Of a stretch of 54,137 nucleotides of DNA, positions 52,308 to 54,137 are shown in pieces. Below the pieces are notes generated by a model. That model was not told where the DNA came from, did not search any database, and saw only the letters and a program-made list of their open reading frames with translations. A program made the translations under genes and the position numbers. How positions within the stretch are numbered: the stretch's first letter is position 1; each line of letters opens with the position of its first letter. This stretch comes from a virus (lineage: Duplodnaviria; Caudoviricetes): positions 1 through 54,137 of IMG/VR virus record IMGVR_UViG_3300022074_000055; one strand, given 5' to 3'.

Positions 52308-54050
52308 ATGGCAGATATACTTGATATTTTAAAATCTGGGATAGGTGCTGTACCAAAAGCGTTATCATTAGACTTGTCAGACAAATCAGATATAGCGGAT
52401 TTATATGCGGCTCAACCAGATGATAGTAGATTTTACAGAGTATTTAAAAAAGGTGCTGAATCTTTGTTGGGAATGCCCTCAACAATTCTAGATTTAAATG
52501 ATTTAGCTGCTCAAGGAATAAGGCAAGGCACTGATTTTTTATTTGGACAAACTCCTTATACAGAGGAAGCTGGAACAGGATTGGGAAGTTTTATTACTCC
52601 AGATGGGGAAACTCGTTTGACTGACGTAGACAGAAATCCTTTAAGGGGTATTAATTTTGATGACATGGGCATAGGTTTTGAAGATGCACCTGATGACGTT
52701 ACCGAACAATTAAATCAATTATCAGATAGTTTAAAAGAACAATCAGAGTCTACTGCAACGCAAACAGATACATCAAAAAAACAAGACCAAGGAATTGCAC
52801 CTGATGTAGCTCTTGATAATGTTAGCAGAGGTGATGTGCCTGATGCTCCTCAAGAAGAGCAATTAAGCCCTTTAGAAAAAGCTTTTGAAGATGCAATGTC
52901 TGAATATGAAAATATTAATGCAGGAGAAGAAACTCCAAGAAAAACTCTTGCAGAATATAAAAAAGATTTTGCAGATGCTACGGGTGTAGATGTTTCTGGA
53001 AAGGTTGATAAGAGTGCGGCATTGCAAGCATTCGGTCTTGCTTTGATGCAAAATCAAGCTGGTAAAGGTTTTAATGTCAGTAAGTTACTAACAAGTCTTG
53101 GTGAAGCTGGTGAGAAAGCCTCTCCAAAACTTGAAAAAGCCAGAGAAAGAGCAAGAACAGCACAATTAGCTGCTGGTAAATATGGTCTTGAGCAAGTTGC
53201 CGCAGATGATGCTACTGAAATTGCAACTAGAGTAGCTCAGAAAAAAGCTCTTAATGAGCTTAATAATACTAATCTTGATAATAAGTCAAAAGCTATTATA
53301 AAACAGGCTGAATTAGACAATAATATAGCGATAGCTAGATTAGACAACAGAACAAAATTAAGAGAAGCTTGGATAGCTAATCAAGAAGCCCCAGATTTAT
53401 ATACGGATAAAACCGAAAAAATAGATTTGGTCCCTGGGTTAGAAGGTTTTCAAGTAAATGCTTATATAGAAGACCCAAATGTAGACGGCATTGTTCCTGT
53501 TAAACTAACGCCTGCAAGCTATAAATCTGTTGTTGGACAACTAAAAAGAAGAGAATCTTCTTTAAACAAAACAGCACAAGAATTTGAAAAACTACAAGGA
53601 TTAGTAGCCCAAGGTATTACTATACCAGAGCAATTTGCATCTACTATAAAAACCTTTGGTAAAGCCATAGGTTTTGGCGTTGGAGATGCCCCAACATCAA
53701 TAGAACAAGCAAAGTTTATTTTGAAGAAAATACAATCACAAAATGCACCTGAAATATTACAAGAAGCTGGAAAAACAATATCAGACGCAGACAGACAAAG
53801 AGTGAAAGATATAGTTGGTGATATATCTATGTTTAAAATAGATGAGGCAAGCACACAAGAAGTTCTTATGAAAATTAGAGATGTTTATAAAGAGATTGTT
53901 ACTGTTCAAAGACAAAACTTAGATACAGCATACGGAACTCTTGAAGAAATAGGGTATGCTTCTGGTCGTCCAACACAAGATATTGATGAAGAAATGGATG
54001 AAGATGCTGAAGCAGAACTAGCTCAATTACGAATTGATCAAGGGGGCTAA
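52308..54050 (+). CDS. Putative internal virion / ejection protein
   Basis: Acidic helical 580-aa protein; ISDADR motif; located in the ejection cluster. Confidence 0.6.
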   Translation: MADILDILKSGIGAVPKALSLDLSDKSDIADLYAAQPDDSRFYRVFKKGAESLLGMPSTILDLNDLAAQGIRQGTDFLFGQTPYTEEAGTGLGSFITPDGETRLTDVDRNPLRGINFDDMGIGFEDAPDDVTEQLNQLSDSLKEQSESTATQTDTSKKQDQGIAPDVALDNVSRGDVPDAPQEEQLSPLEKAFEDAMSEYENINAGEETPRKTLAEYKKDFADATGVDVSGKVDKSAALQAFGLALMQNQAGKGFNVSKLLTSLGEAGEKASPKLEKARERARTAQLAAGKYGLEQVAADDATEIATRVAQKKALNELNNTNLDNKSKAIIKQAELDNNIAIARLDNRTKLREAWIANQEAPDLYTDKTEKIDLVPGLEGFQVNAYIEDPNVDGIVPVKLTPASYKSVVGQLKRRESSLNKTAQEFEKLQGLVAQGITIPEQFASTIKTFGKAIGFGVGDAPTSIEQAKFILKKIQSQNAPEILQEAGKTISDADRQRVKDIVGDISMFKIDEASTQEVLMKIRDVYKEIVTVQRQNLDTAYGTLEEIGYASGRPTQDIDEEMDEDAEAELAQLRIDQGG

Positions 54051-54137
54051 TATGAACGCTCGTGAAGAGTTAACAATAAGAAGAGCTATAAAATCTGGTT
54101 CTCTTAGCCCTAAACAAGAGCTTTCTGCTAGAAGAGC
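54011..54137. repeat. Terminal direct repeat, second copy of 1-127
   Basis: Exact match to bases 1-127. Confidence 0.95.

Noticed and set aside
1-54137. Alternative genetic code or tRNA genes
   Set aside because: Genes tile densely under the standard code with all three stop codons used; no cloverleaf was noticed, though a tRNAscan run is needed to confirm

Overview
The window is an apparently complete, circular-mapping dsDNA tailed-phage genome of about 54,010 bp. Bases 54011-54137 repeat bases 1-127, which looks like a k=127 assembly overlap. The architecture is podovirus-like: TerS/TerL, an 811-aa portal, scaffold, major capsid protein, adaptor and stabilisation-type proteins, and large ejection-type proteins, with no tape measure, integrase, DNA polymerase, tRNA or CRISPR recognised. 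It resembles uncultured marine phages, but host and taxonomy cannot be fixed from sequence alone. Almost all genes are on the + strand. Modules: replication/recombination (AAA_24 ATPase, putative SSB, Cas4-like nuclease, primase-helicase), a C5 DNA methyltransferase, an early-gene island between terS and terL (GGCT, amidoligase, XRE regulator), head genes with GroES, and a modular tail/fibre region. Most notable observations: (1) the methyltransferase appears two-subunit, with motif IX and three WxTP repeats in a nested overlapping ORF that has its own RBS; (2) a dispersed CCCGAAC-N4-GTTCGGG palindrome / oriented GTTCGG motif co-clusters with CCWGG and GCWGC sites around the early promoters; (3) a second operator, GAAA-N4-TTTC, lies in the spacer of four to five sigma70 promoters; (4) six small tandem genes share a C-terminal GG...RG..F.G.[FK] tag; (5) six tandem 'GDLA' fibre-like paralogs are joined by a repeated SD/stop/start junction; (6) there are several candidate pseudoknotted RNAs; (7) a gp10-like gene appears split; (8) several small ORFs are missing from the ORF track. 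All family calls come from recognising motifs by eye, not from database searches.
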